From assembly GCA_001655205.1 (NCBI GenBank), contig LPNZ01005159.1, positions 1 to 45,535 of the forward strand: a stretch of 45,535 bases of DNA, given 5' to 3'. The stretch is from Lenisia limosa. Taxonomy: Eukaryota; Protista; Breviatea. A program made the translations under genes and the position numbers. The notes below the pieces were generated by a model, which worked only from the letters and a program-made list of their open reading frames with translations, searched no databases and had not been told where the DNA came from. The number at the start of each line of letters is the position of its first letter. The stretch's first letter is position 1. Positions 35,624-45,535 of this stretch are shown piece by piece.

Positions 35624-36179
35624 AGTGAAATTAAAAAATAACTGAACTGTAACTGAATGGGCTGTTGAAAGGACTGCAAATTCGTTTTTTTTTTCTTCCC
35701 CCACCCCGCGATATCCATGAGCCCACTGACACGAGGGTTTTAAGGACACTTCGGTCTCTTGTTTCGATCCTCTTTTGATCCCACTATCAGCCCACCCAAG
35801 GTACAACTCTGTAGACGACGACTCACGATTCTCAATTATAATCTCACAAAATAAAATACATCCAAATACAATAACAATACAATAACCTCAAAAATACCTA
35901 AATGTCGTCAATACCAACACCTTAGGCCGTCTGCAATGATTACACCTGTGTTGAACTTTCGAAATCCACTGTAAAGGGGACTATTCTCAACAATAGGTGC
36001 CAAATGTCAAACAAGGGATAGTATTTTCAGAATATGATAATCTGATGAGCCCACCTAGTCACTCTTCTTCGAGACGATATCAATGTTAGGAAACTCCTAC
36101 AGTTATTAGTGCTCCTTGAAACAAAGGATTCATTCTATCATTCTAGAATACAAAAAATCCCTTAATAATCAATGATGAA

Positions 36180-39100
36180 TCACGATGAAGGATCCTTTCC
36201 TACAGCTTGTTTGGCCATGGTTCTCTGTCGCATCCTTGTAACTGTGGGGGTGTACTTTGCCGGGAGGTTGTCTCGACTTCGCAGCTTGGTTCTATTGAGG
36301 ACCGGGATGACAGACTTTGACGGGACAACGGAAGGTTTCAGCTGGGGAAATGAGAATGTGAGGAGCAAAATAGAGTTGAAAATATCTGTAATCATCATGA
36401 GTTGATATAATGCATAATGCATAATGATGATAATAAAACCTCAAAAACTAACCATTGGAACAGATAATAGGGAGTCAAAAGTCTTTTGAGGAACAATGTA
36501 CTAAGGAGTTATTGAGGTTACAAAGAGGAAACCTAAATAAACCGCTTCAACATACTGGAGCAAATTGTGGCACAGAGGGAGGAGGGGGCAGGGTCGTGGA
36601 CGGTATGCTGTTTGAAACGTTTACACTTGGGTTCTCCTGAAAAAAGTAAATCATTACAACGGCCACGGATTTGAAGCAGTACAATTGTCATTAATCTCAC
36701 TATTTTTGGTTTCGAAGGGGACGGCGGAGAAGGCCTGCAAATATATCAGAAAAAAAAAGTAAACGAGAGGTAGCTACCATGCATACACAAGCTTTAATAT
36801 AAAATGTTTGTCAGCAAGTCTCTTTTGGCTCCGAGTCATTGGCATTTCTGTTTCAACCTTGGGAACAACAAAGCTGGGGTTTCCTCCATTTTCCTTGTGC
36901 TCTTGCCGAAGTGAAGGGGGCTGAATCTTTTTCTTGTGGCTTTTCTTGGCTACTTTCTCAATTTGACCAACATTGGCACCTTCCAAAACCTCTCCTGGTA
37001 CCTTTTTCTTGTGGCTTTTCTTCGGGACCTTTTCAACCTCTTCTTTTACCTTTTTCTTGTAGGACTTCTTGGCAACTTTCTCAATATTCATATCGTTTTC
37101 TTTTCCCACAACCTCTTCCGGCACCTTTTTCTTGTGGGACTTCTTGGCAACTGTCTCAATATTCATTTCGTTTTCTTGACCCACAACCTCTTCTGGCACC
37201 TTTTTCTTGTGGGACTTCTTCGAGATGTTCTTCTGAACAGGATCTTTCTTGTCAACACTTTGCGCCTTTGAATTCTTTGGAGTACTTGGGCTGGGTTGCA
37301 GGCTGGGACTTTCAGCTACCACCGAAGGCAGGAGCGCAATCTTGTCATTCTCTTGAACTTGGCTCAGTTCATCCTTCTTAGCAGGTGTGTTATCCACGCT
37401 TTCTCCCAACTAAAAGGTCAGGATATGGGTTATGGTGTAAAACTGAAATGAAAGCAGAACTAAAAATCCCCCCACAAGAGCTCTTTTTGCTTTTTCAGCT
37501 CTTGAACGCTCTTGAAGAAGCTTTGAGTCGTGTGCTTCCTTCTCAAGAATAGCTCTGTCCAGCTCCGCAGCGGCATCATCATCCTGTCTCTGCTTCTCCT
37601 TGGCAAGGCGCAAGGAATTGACTTCCATGATAAACGCCGCTGAGAAGAGGGTCTCATGATGCGGTACTGGGTTCGGAATCATCATTTTCCCCCAAGTTCT
37701 GAGGGTTGGTCCAATTCCCTTTCTTTGAAGGGTATCCATGTGCACCATTCGAGGGGTAGTGGCAGATTTTGGAATCTCAGCTTTAAGTGAAAATTTCCTG
37801 GGTACCCAGGAAAGAGAACGAATCTGCGGTTGTCTTGCTCTGTTGAAATAAGAAGTGTGGACGGACGTATTGAAAAACCCCATACACTTACTCTTCATTT
37901 GTCATCTGCGGAATAGAGGGATGCAAAGCTTGAGTTTTCTCTAATACGACTTTTCGCGGGTCAATAAGGGTGTTGATGGGGGGTAGTCTACTGAGCGGTC
38001 TAAATTGCGAGTTAGTACTACACTGAAGTCAATAAAGAGACTCACTCAGATGCTATGGGTTTGAGGTCACTTTGAAGGTTGTCAGGAGTAATCAGCATGT
38101 GTTCTTCTTCATTCAGGGTGTCATTGTAGCAGCAAATATGATCATGAAGGAATCTGTGAATATTAACAGAGGAACAATAAAATATACACATGATATATTA
38201 TAAACAATCTACTACCCGGTTTTCTTCTGTCAAGGGACCCCCCCCCCCNNNNNNNNNNNNNNNNNNNNNNNNNNNNNNNNNNNNNNNNNNNNNNNNNNNN
38301 NNNNNNNNNNNNNNNNNNNNNNNNNNNNNNNNNNNNNNNTGTGTTGCTCCCATATTTTGTGGAATCGACCTACAAATTAGAAGAGAAGAAAACAAGATAA
38401 GAGACAGAGATATGTGAAGGAGGAGAGGATTGAGAAGCATGGTGTTATTGCATATTCATGTAGTACTCCTAGATTGATGTATTTATAAACACAGATATCA
38501 CCATTTCCAGCTAAAAACAACTTCTTACCAAGAAAATGGAAGACATGTACCCAATTTAGCCGTTTTGATTGTCTAATAGGAGTTAAAAGAAAACGATGTG
38601 CGCAAAACTTGGGTGAAAAGTGCAGTGAAAAACCAAGCAATTGAACCTGAATCATACCTTGAAGATTTTTTGAATTTACACTGCTCAATGTCAAAGAAGC
38701 CGACAAATGTATCCGCTAAAAAATGAGGGTTTGCTTTTCATGATTATTAGGGAATAAACTAACCATCAAATTCATCCAGATAGTCAACAAGAGTTGTGAG
38801 GATCTCCTTTCGACTAAAGAGTAATATATTTGAAAAGTTCCAGAAAGACGTAAAAAAGCTATTTCCATAGATTGTCAGGCATACGCTGGAAATAGCACCA
38901 TCAAGTAATTCGCAAACGCATTAGCAGAGAAATCATCGCGAGGTGTGGGGCTCTACAAATGATGAGAGTTAGTAAGAATGTCCTTGATTCGCCATGCTCT
39001 GCCCCCCCCCCCCCAAGAACTTACTGCGAAAGTAGAGATAGTATCACTCTCGATGAACTCCTGGAATGTTAAAATATTTATTCCCGAGGGAAGTGATTGA

Positions 39101-39891
39101 GGTCCATCCTGCTTACAACAAGAGAAGGAGTGAGGACAATGCGACAGTGACGCGACATAGGTACGGCAGCTGCGAGGTATGACAAAGAAGTGTCAAAACA
39201 CTTGAAAAAATCTTACTGCTGAAACAACACTAGGAAGAATTTAACATACCAGGAGTGAAAACATTTGTCTTGACGAACTTCTGGTTTTCGTTCATTGTGT
39301 TAATAGCGGAGAGACACAGGTCAAAGTACTTCTACAAAATGGTGAGAAGTACCATTCGAAATATATGCAGAAATTTGATTTGCATTTTTTTGGACCCAAA
39401 GAGAACAATGCCAAAAATCAATGAAATATCAAAGCAAACCAGGACAGCGTCAGCATTCGTCTTCTTAGTCAAAACAAGGATGTCAGCAAAGGGGGCATCG
39501 GACACTCTATAAAATGATAAAATGTCTCTCATAAACCAAAGTAGTAAACTCATGATGAAATAACAGAAACATATATTTGAAAATGGTATGGGAGGAAAAA
39601 GCGCGCGGGAAACGATTAGCATATTGAACCAGAAGCTTACTTAGAGCCATGATAACGAATAGTCGCCATTTCTACAGATTCTTTCATGTCTCTAATCTAA
39701 TATATTAAAATGAAATTTGAAGGCTACGGAGACAAAATGCAATATTCATGAACTGATATGATGATCCTCACCTCTCCAGCAAATAACTGTTTTTCATGAG
39801 CATGAAAAACGACGTCCCCCTTCTTTGGAATGTATGGTAATGAAAAGCATCTCCTTGAAGCGGTGCAGATGTCTCTTGTAAGTGTGTCCAT
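36180..39891 (-). CDS. Hypothetical multi-exon protein: possible BRWD/PHIP ancillary (Tudor-like) domain N-terminally, coiled coil, Lys-rich repeats and low-complexity C-terminus
   Basis: Exons PYIPKKGDVVFH, ATIRYHGSK|VSDAPFADILVL and HICCYNDTLNEEEHMLITPDNL weakly recall PHIP/BRWD PFVPQMGDEVYY, MKYHDMPDVIDFLVL and [21 protein letters not shown]. Large exons correspond to ORFs 37410-37898 and 36774-37409. It may be more than one gene. Confidence 0.45.
36928..37220 (-). repeat. Coding tandem repeat, about 75 bp / 25 aa, KKSHKKKVPEEV.. (five KKS(H/Y)KKK cores)
   Basis: Visible in ORF 36774-37409: KKSHKKKVPEEVVGQENEMNIETVA / KKSHKKKVPEEVVGKENDMNIEKVA / KKSYKKKVKEEVEKVP / KKSHKKKVPGEVLEGANVGQIEKVA / KKSHKKKI. 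Confidence 0.85.
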
Positions 39892-39990
39892 CTCAATTCT
39901 CGTCAAACTTGAATCATCAAGTTAACTGGTCTTCTTTCTCTGTACCAAACTAAGCATTCACTACCACTATTTACTATTTAAACTATCTTA

Positions 39991-41020
39991 ATGAAAAAGG
40001 GCGCTTTTGACCTTAGCATTTTCATATCAAAGATCCGGCACCGTGTCGAAACAAATCAAGGAAAGGTAGTGTGGGTAAGGTAGTAGAGATAGTGAAGATT
40101 TATTGTTTTATTGTTTTATTCTGTGGATATTTACTCTCTTTAGCGACTTATAATGGTATGTACTTTCCCCGTGATTACCCCTCTAACACTCTTTAGGACC
40201 CCAAAGAACTTGAAGACCTTGTAAGGAAGGGTTTTGAAGATGGGTTTTACATTTGCAGAACTTTTCTTCACTCACCGAATCACATCTTGCTTACATATGT
40301 AGTGTGAGCAGATGCGTCACCTTCAAGGAGGAGATAAAGATCGCCTCAGAGTTCTTGGTGTAGGTTGAGGGGGGAATGGAGTCAGGCAATATAACACATT
40401 ATTACCGTTTGGGGAATACTAAATGCTTCTTACTACTACCTCTCAGGTTGCTCTTGAAGACAGCAAGATTTCCAGCGAACAGAGCTGTGTCATTGCCAAG
40501 GAACTTCTTTTTGAGGATCCTCTTCATGTAAGAAGGGTCTCCTTTTCGTTGTCTGTTTTTGACTGTTTTTTTTTACTTTGATTCCGTTTCTCATTCATGA
40601 TCCGATCCAGGATGGACTGGTAATGTGCTATAAGTCGTGTTCAGATCCTAAGAACTTTGAAGAAAAGTGCATCAACGTTGTCATGAAATTTGCAGGAGGT
40701 GGAGGGGGAATGTTAGCTGAGACTTGTTATTTAGTAGTAGACAGCATAAACTTACATGTAAATATTTACTATTTAGAACGCAAGAGAATCAAGACTACCC
40801 TCAAGCTCTAAAAGAACTTGGAAATTGGGTTATGTATTTCTCTGGGTTTTTGTTTCCAACACAAATTTAGATAAAGGATAATATGCATCACAGTTTCCTT
40901 TACATGACTTCGACATTGGTGTACATGGATTTCAGCTTATTTGCAGCTTGAAGTCAAAAAAATGCCAAGGCTAAGCTCAAGCAAGTTCCAACTTTCAAAG
41001 AGGCATACATGACACTCTGA
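39991..41020 (+). CDS. Hypothetical small multi-exon protein
   Basis: Phase-compatible GT-AG exons MKKGAFDLSIFISKIRHRVETNQGK | DPKELEDL | MRHLQGGDKDRLRVLG | VALEDSKISSEQSCVIAKELLFEDPLH | DGLVMCYKSCSDPKNFEEKCINVVMKFAG | TQENQDYPQALKELGNW. Last exon and stop are uncertain. No family recognised. Confidence 0.5.
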
Positions 41021-41947
41021 TTGGCATGTCTCCATATTTATGGATATAGGCCAGGGCAGCAGCCATTTTCGTGTATTCGCTAAAGTATCAAATATCAGTC
41101 GAGATTTCAGTAAGAAATGTTAGCATGAGAGAATAGTCAAATTCCAAAATAATAATTCCCTCAGTTGTCCAACGCACTCACTCTGATTTCCTCACCAGAT
41201 TTCTTGCAAGGATTATTCAATAATATTTGAAGTAAGTAACAACCCCTGTTAGCCCAACAATTGAAAAAACCCATGACAGTACACTCAATTTCGACCCCTT
41301 CTCCGCAAGAGATACTTTCAAATATGAAGGGAAACGAGAATCGTGATTAACCTCATACTCTTTCCTGCAAATGCATTCTGCCACAATGTCTCCTTGGAAT
41401 ACTCTACAAATTCGAACCTGTAGTGTGAAACCTGCAAACCTTTACTAAAAACATAGATTTAGAATGTAGGCTTCCAAATTAATCTCTCAATCAAAGCTGA
41501 ATTACTTTCCAAACTGTGAGAGAACAAACTTTTTGTAATAATATATTATGAAAGCGGGATCATAATATTATCAAGATTCACGAAAGAAGAAATAATAAAA
41601 ATGATAATTTCAGGAGACGAGTAATGGAGGAAAGATTAAGTTTGAAATAATATACAATCTCAAGTGAGTGCGTGCGTGATAGTAAAAAAATCGACCGTAA
41701 ATTATCAATCCTTTTCGACTCTTACATAAAACAAACCTCGTTGACTGAGTCAAGAGCCCCATATATAGAGCGCATTGCAAGGTCCACAATCGCTTGTGCC
41801 ATTTCGGAAGTGAAAATCTTCGGTTTTGACTGGAACTCACTGAGGATATTATTTCAAAAGTTACAAATTCACCCTCAAAGAGATTAACTCCCATTACATT
41901 GCCATTCTGAACTTCAATTCTTCTTCATAGTTCATTGTGACCGACAT
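40995..41947 (-). CDS. Hypothetical small multi-exon protein
   Basis: Exons MSVTMNYEEELKFRMA(I) | EFQSKPKIFTSEMAQAIVDLAMRSIYGALDSVNE | VRICRVFQGDIVAECICRKEYE. The terminal exon frame is ambiguous (EYTKMAAALAYIHKYGDMPIRVSCMPL* or RIHENGCCPGLYP*). Confidence 0.45.
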
Positions 41948-42267
41948 TATTGAGTGCTGGGTATTGGGAATTGGGGGTGGGGGCGGATGCAAGCTGTTAA
42001 GCTGTTGTTGGGTTGCTGGTTGGTGCGGTGGCTGCGGTGGTGTGTTGTGGGTGTGTTGTAGTGTTGCAGTCTTGGGCTTGCATATGTGTTTTTGTTTGTG
42101 TTTTGCCCGTGGCAGGGGGGTGAGTTGACCACCTAGGAAATATAAGTATTTAACTTGAAAATTACAGTCCCTCTACTATTCCTTTCATCCTCTGATTTAT
42201 CCACTGTTTGACTGCTTGTTTGAAAGAAGAGTAAAATACACCCACGTGATACGTCAATAGGTGCAAT

Positions 42268-43982
42268 ATGGACGGAGATTCCTCAATGTCAAAGGCGGAG
42301 GGCAATGTTAATGGCTTCATGAACTCGATTGAGTGTAAGACACGATTTGAAATATTTATTGATGCCATTAGACCCACTCTTTTCGATTGTTCTTGCTGTC
42401 GCTCTTGGAAAGGTCTTCTTTGAGTGGTTTAAGAAGGTTCCCATAACCCAGCCTTGTCAGTCTTCATCGTCGATTGCCATGCTGAGATTTACCATCTTGG
42501 TTCAATTTGTGAGTTTCCCTCAATTATTCTCTCACCACACAAATATTTGCCCCATCATTCCNNNNNNNNNNNNNNNNNNNNNNNNNNNNNNNNNNNNNNN
42601 NNNNNNNNNNNNNNNNNNNNNNNNNNNNNNNNNNNNNNNNNNNNNNNNNNNNNNNNNNNNNNNNNNNNNNNNNNNNNNNNNNNNNNNNNNNNNNNNNNNN
42701 NNNNNNNNNNNNNNNNNNNNNNNNNCCTTTGTCCTGGGTAAGAGGCCTCATCCCTGTTTTCACGGCTTTTCAAGTCGATGACAATCATCTTTTACTTTTT
42801 AGTCTACAACTTTCAAATTCACCACCTTCGAGTTGTAAGTTGGGATCTGATAACCATTATGGAGTTGTAAATTTTGCACTATTTACTATACAGGTGGCTG
42901 GTGCTCAGCTCTTCATGCTCTTTGTCATTCTTGGGGCCAACCTCTTTACCATGTCCGGAACTGCCATGTTTGATCGTGGGTTGGGTTGCACAGTTCATGT
43001 GTATTTATTTTCTTTCAGCTCTTTTTTCCTTACCCAACAGAAATCAACGACACGCGCGCTTGCAAGGAACGCTTTGATTGGCATAAGGGTGCTGGATTCC
43101 GTGGGGGGGGGGGTCTCAATTGTGACTATTTATTACCAAAACTCAATATATTATTCTTCATTTAATAAGGTTGTTTTTTTCTTCTTCTTTTTTCTTTTTC
43201 GTCTCATGGTATATAGTTTGTCACAGCAGCCGTCTTCCCTTCCTCTTTGTTTTCCTTTTCCCCTTTTACCAGGCCACTTTTGTAAGTTGGGAGAAAATGA
43301 TTCTGCATTTCTTTTCTTCTGATGAACATAGGTTGCTATTGCTGGTATGGCTTACATGACCACTCTCACCCCCGACATGCCTACTCTTGACCAGCGTAGG
43401 GAATGATTATCAGATGCAATCCATCATTATAGCACTATTGTTGTTGTTTTTTACGCTTGGGTTATGAAGTATCCCTTTTCTACTTAGCTTTTGTAATTTT
43501 TTAAATTCCTATTATTGTGTAGTGAAGCCTCAGCGCCCTGCCAGCCAACACCAACCAGTTGCTGTGAGGGGGGTTGAGAACTATGTTGTATTTTGTTTAT
43601 TAGGAGAACGTTTGACTGATCGCATGGTATCATATGATGTTACATGAATCACATTTGCTGTACCGGCNNNNNNNNNNNNNNNNNNNNNNNNNNNNNNNNN
43701 NNNNNNNNNNNNNNNNNNNNNNNNNNNNNNNNNNNNNNNNNNNNNNNNNNNNNNNNNNNNNNNNNNNNNNNNNNNNNNNNNNNNNNNNNNNNNNNNNNNN
43801 TAGAACGTTTACGGTGGTAACACTGAATACACTGCCGGCTATCAGGTTGCACCTTCGGATACTTCTCCAGCCCAGGCCGTGAGGGGTTGTGAAAAGGCTA
43901 ATGTTCTTCTTTTAGGAAATGACTTTGTTTTTGACATTCTTAGGCGCCTGTTGAAACTGCTTCTGAGCCTCAAGTGGTCTAA
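42268..43982 (+). CDS. Hypothetical multi-pass membrane protein with polar C-terminal tail (two N-gaps inside)
   Basis: Exons MDGDSSMSKAEGNVNGFMNSIE(Y) | PLFSIVLAVALGKVFFEWF..AMLRFTILVQF | VAGAQLFMLFVILGANLFTMSGTAMFD | VAIAGMAYMTTLTPDMPTLDQ | NVYGGNTEYTAGYQVAPSDTSPAQA | APVETASEPQVV* (TAA 43980-43982). At least three hydrophobic segments. Confidence 0.55.
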
Positions 43983-44349
43983 GACTGTTTCTAAACCCCA
44001 ATCATTCATATCCTCTCTTGTCTTGTTTTATTGTAATATATATGGACGAGGTACCTCAATTCTTATCATATTTCCATGTTTCCAGTATGCTAATATGGTG
44101 ATACGAAGACGCAAATACAACGCAAAGATTTGGCAAAGATAGCTTAAGTGAGAACCAAAAAAACAACGTGGCGCAAGAGGCGTAAGTATAAACTTAACAA
44201 TGCAGTTACAGCAACCAATCCGAAGCAGGGGGTGGTTATATGGTATAAAATCTTTTTTTCGGAAAATTCTTAAGCCTGTTTCACACTTCAACTTACAGTA
44301 CCTAAGTAATTTGGACAAGAGAAGCAGATTAGCCAAAATGCTGGGTAAA

Positions 44350-45535
44350 ATGATACCGATGCTCTCAATCTTTCTTTTGCTTGTCTCTTTGGTAAGCCAT
44401 GGGTAAGATATATCCTTTTAAAGTACTGGAGGAACAGATTTACTTTAATGATCCGCAGGGATTGGCAGATAGGATTCCCCTCACTCCTGGTGTCCCTAAG
44501 AAAGACCTCCAAGGGCGCCATTCGTTTTCTTTGATTAGTACTACCTTCACTGGACACTCTGTTATGGTTAAGCTCAACAGTGACCAAGGTTTGACTCCAC
44601 TCTTCACTGTTTAGGCCTTCTAACGCCTTCCAGGACAGCTTTTGGTTACCTATGAGGACCAAAGATTCCAGCTTGGTTGCGATGATTGTAAGTTGTTTTC
44701 CCGTATTTCAATGTTGACAAATTCTAGGTCCTCGTCAAATGCGCTTCTACGATCCCGACCCGTATGTTGGGGATTTTGGACGGAACCTACGGGGTTTTAA
44801 AGAAGATAAATAAAGCTAGCAAGTGGTGGGAATTGACTTCTCTGGAATTCCAATCCTGGTGCTTGTGACCGATTTTTATCAGAGCTGTCAGTGTTGTGCA
44901 TCATTGTTTATTAAAATGGTGCTTGAATTGGAGCTATATACATACTGATCATGGTTTTTGGACTATCTTTAGGAAATTATTATTTTTAAGGATAAATTAT
45001 CTTCTTCTGTGATAACAGTGTTAGAACTGCCTATTTTGAGGTTGCCCCCATGCTCTCCATGAACGTCATCAAGTACGATGTCATCCCCAACAAAGTTATC
45101 AAGAAAGACTACAGTGAGTGTAATGATCCAACTGGGTCTTCTTTTTGCTGCGCTATCGTGATCAGGCTTATCATTTCTCAAACTTCTTCTAACGCTGTCA
45201 GCCAAGGGGCTCATGAACAAGTATGAGATGGACTCCTACACCTCCATCCTCGTCGACTTGCCTTATGGTCCCGAGCTTGCTCAGGTTTGTTATCTGTGGG
45301 TATTTTCTCGTTTATGTTTTGAATCAGAGTATTTTTTGTAACTATTATCAAACAAATAGGCTTCAAAAGGGATTCAAAGTTTAAAATCTGGGCTTCTTAT
45401 TCAGAGCTCTATGTATACATATAGTATTTTACTTTGACTAGAATTTATAACCGACTTTTGAAATGAAGTAAAACAAATCACCCCGAAAATGAAGGGTAAC
45501 CAAAGGCAAGATCATTTTACTTCTAATTTGGTGAA
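44350..45535 (+). CDS. Hypothetical secreted protein (3' partial, continues past window)
   Basis: AAAATG context. Signal peptide MIPMLSIFLLLVSL|GLA, then phase-compatible exons DRIPLTPGVPKKDLQGRHSFSLIS.. | GQLLVTYEDQRFQLGCDD | CPRQMRFYDPD | PVRTAYFEVAPML..KKDY | TKGLMNKYEMDSYTSILVDLPYGPELAQ. The last exon seen ends at 45284. Confidence 0.55.

Noticed and set aside
397-38339. Poly-C tracts immediately before many N-gaps (410, 9713, 10313, 16010, 35357, 38250)
   Set aside because: Best explained by short-read dropout at G/C homopolymers, an assembly artefact. X-rich ORFs spanning the gaps are not real evidence.
1-45535. Non-standard genetic code, RNA genes or transposase-bearing mobile elements
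   Set aside because: TAA, TAG and TGA all terminate confidently modelled genes. I saw no tRNA, rRNA, transposase or reverse-transcriptase signature by eye, though small ncRNAs could be missed.

Overview
Gene-dense, intron-rich eukaryotic nuclear DNA. It is AT-rich, uses GT-AG introns of about 36-300 nt, shows TAA, TAG and TGA all used as stops, and has 12 N-gaps. The six-frame ORF track is mostly fragments, so I spliced the gene models by eye; exon boundaries are approximate. About 17 protein-coding genes, in order: RanBP2-zinc-finger/acidic protein (5' partial), cyclophilin, LAMTOR1/Meh1-like adaptor, RasGEF (REM-RA-RA-CDC25), PME-1, secreted tandem H-type-lectin-like protein, inositol polyphosphate kinase, CrtR-like His-box desaturase/hydroxylase, PGS1, a class II squalene-hopene-cyclase-family enzyme, IFT46, TRIAP1/Mdm35 and five hypothetical genes. 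IFT46 implies a flagellated or ciliated organism. PGS1 and TRIAP1 imply a mitochondrion-type organelle. The standout is a full-length triterpene cyclase with about 19 introns and a DVDD motif. By recalled motifs it resembles Bacillus SqhC (sporulenol/onoceroid-type) more than canonical hopene cyclases or oxidosqualene cyclases. It sits head-to-head with PGS1, which is in turn next to a bacterial-like CrtR-type desaturase, suggesting a possible sterol-surrogate or membrane-lipid locus in a protist. All family assignments come from by-eye motif comparison with remembered reference sequences; no searches were run.
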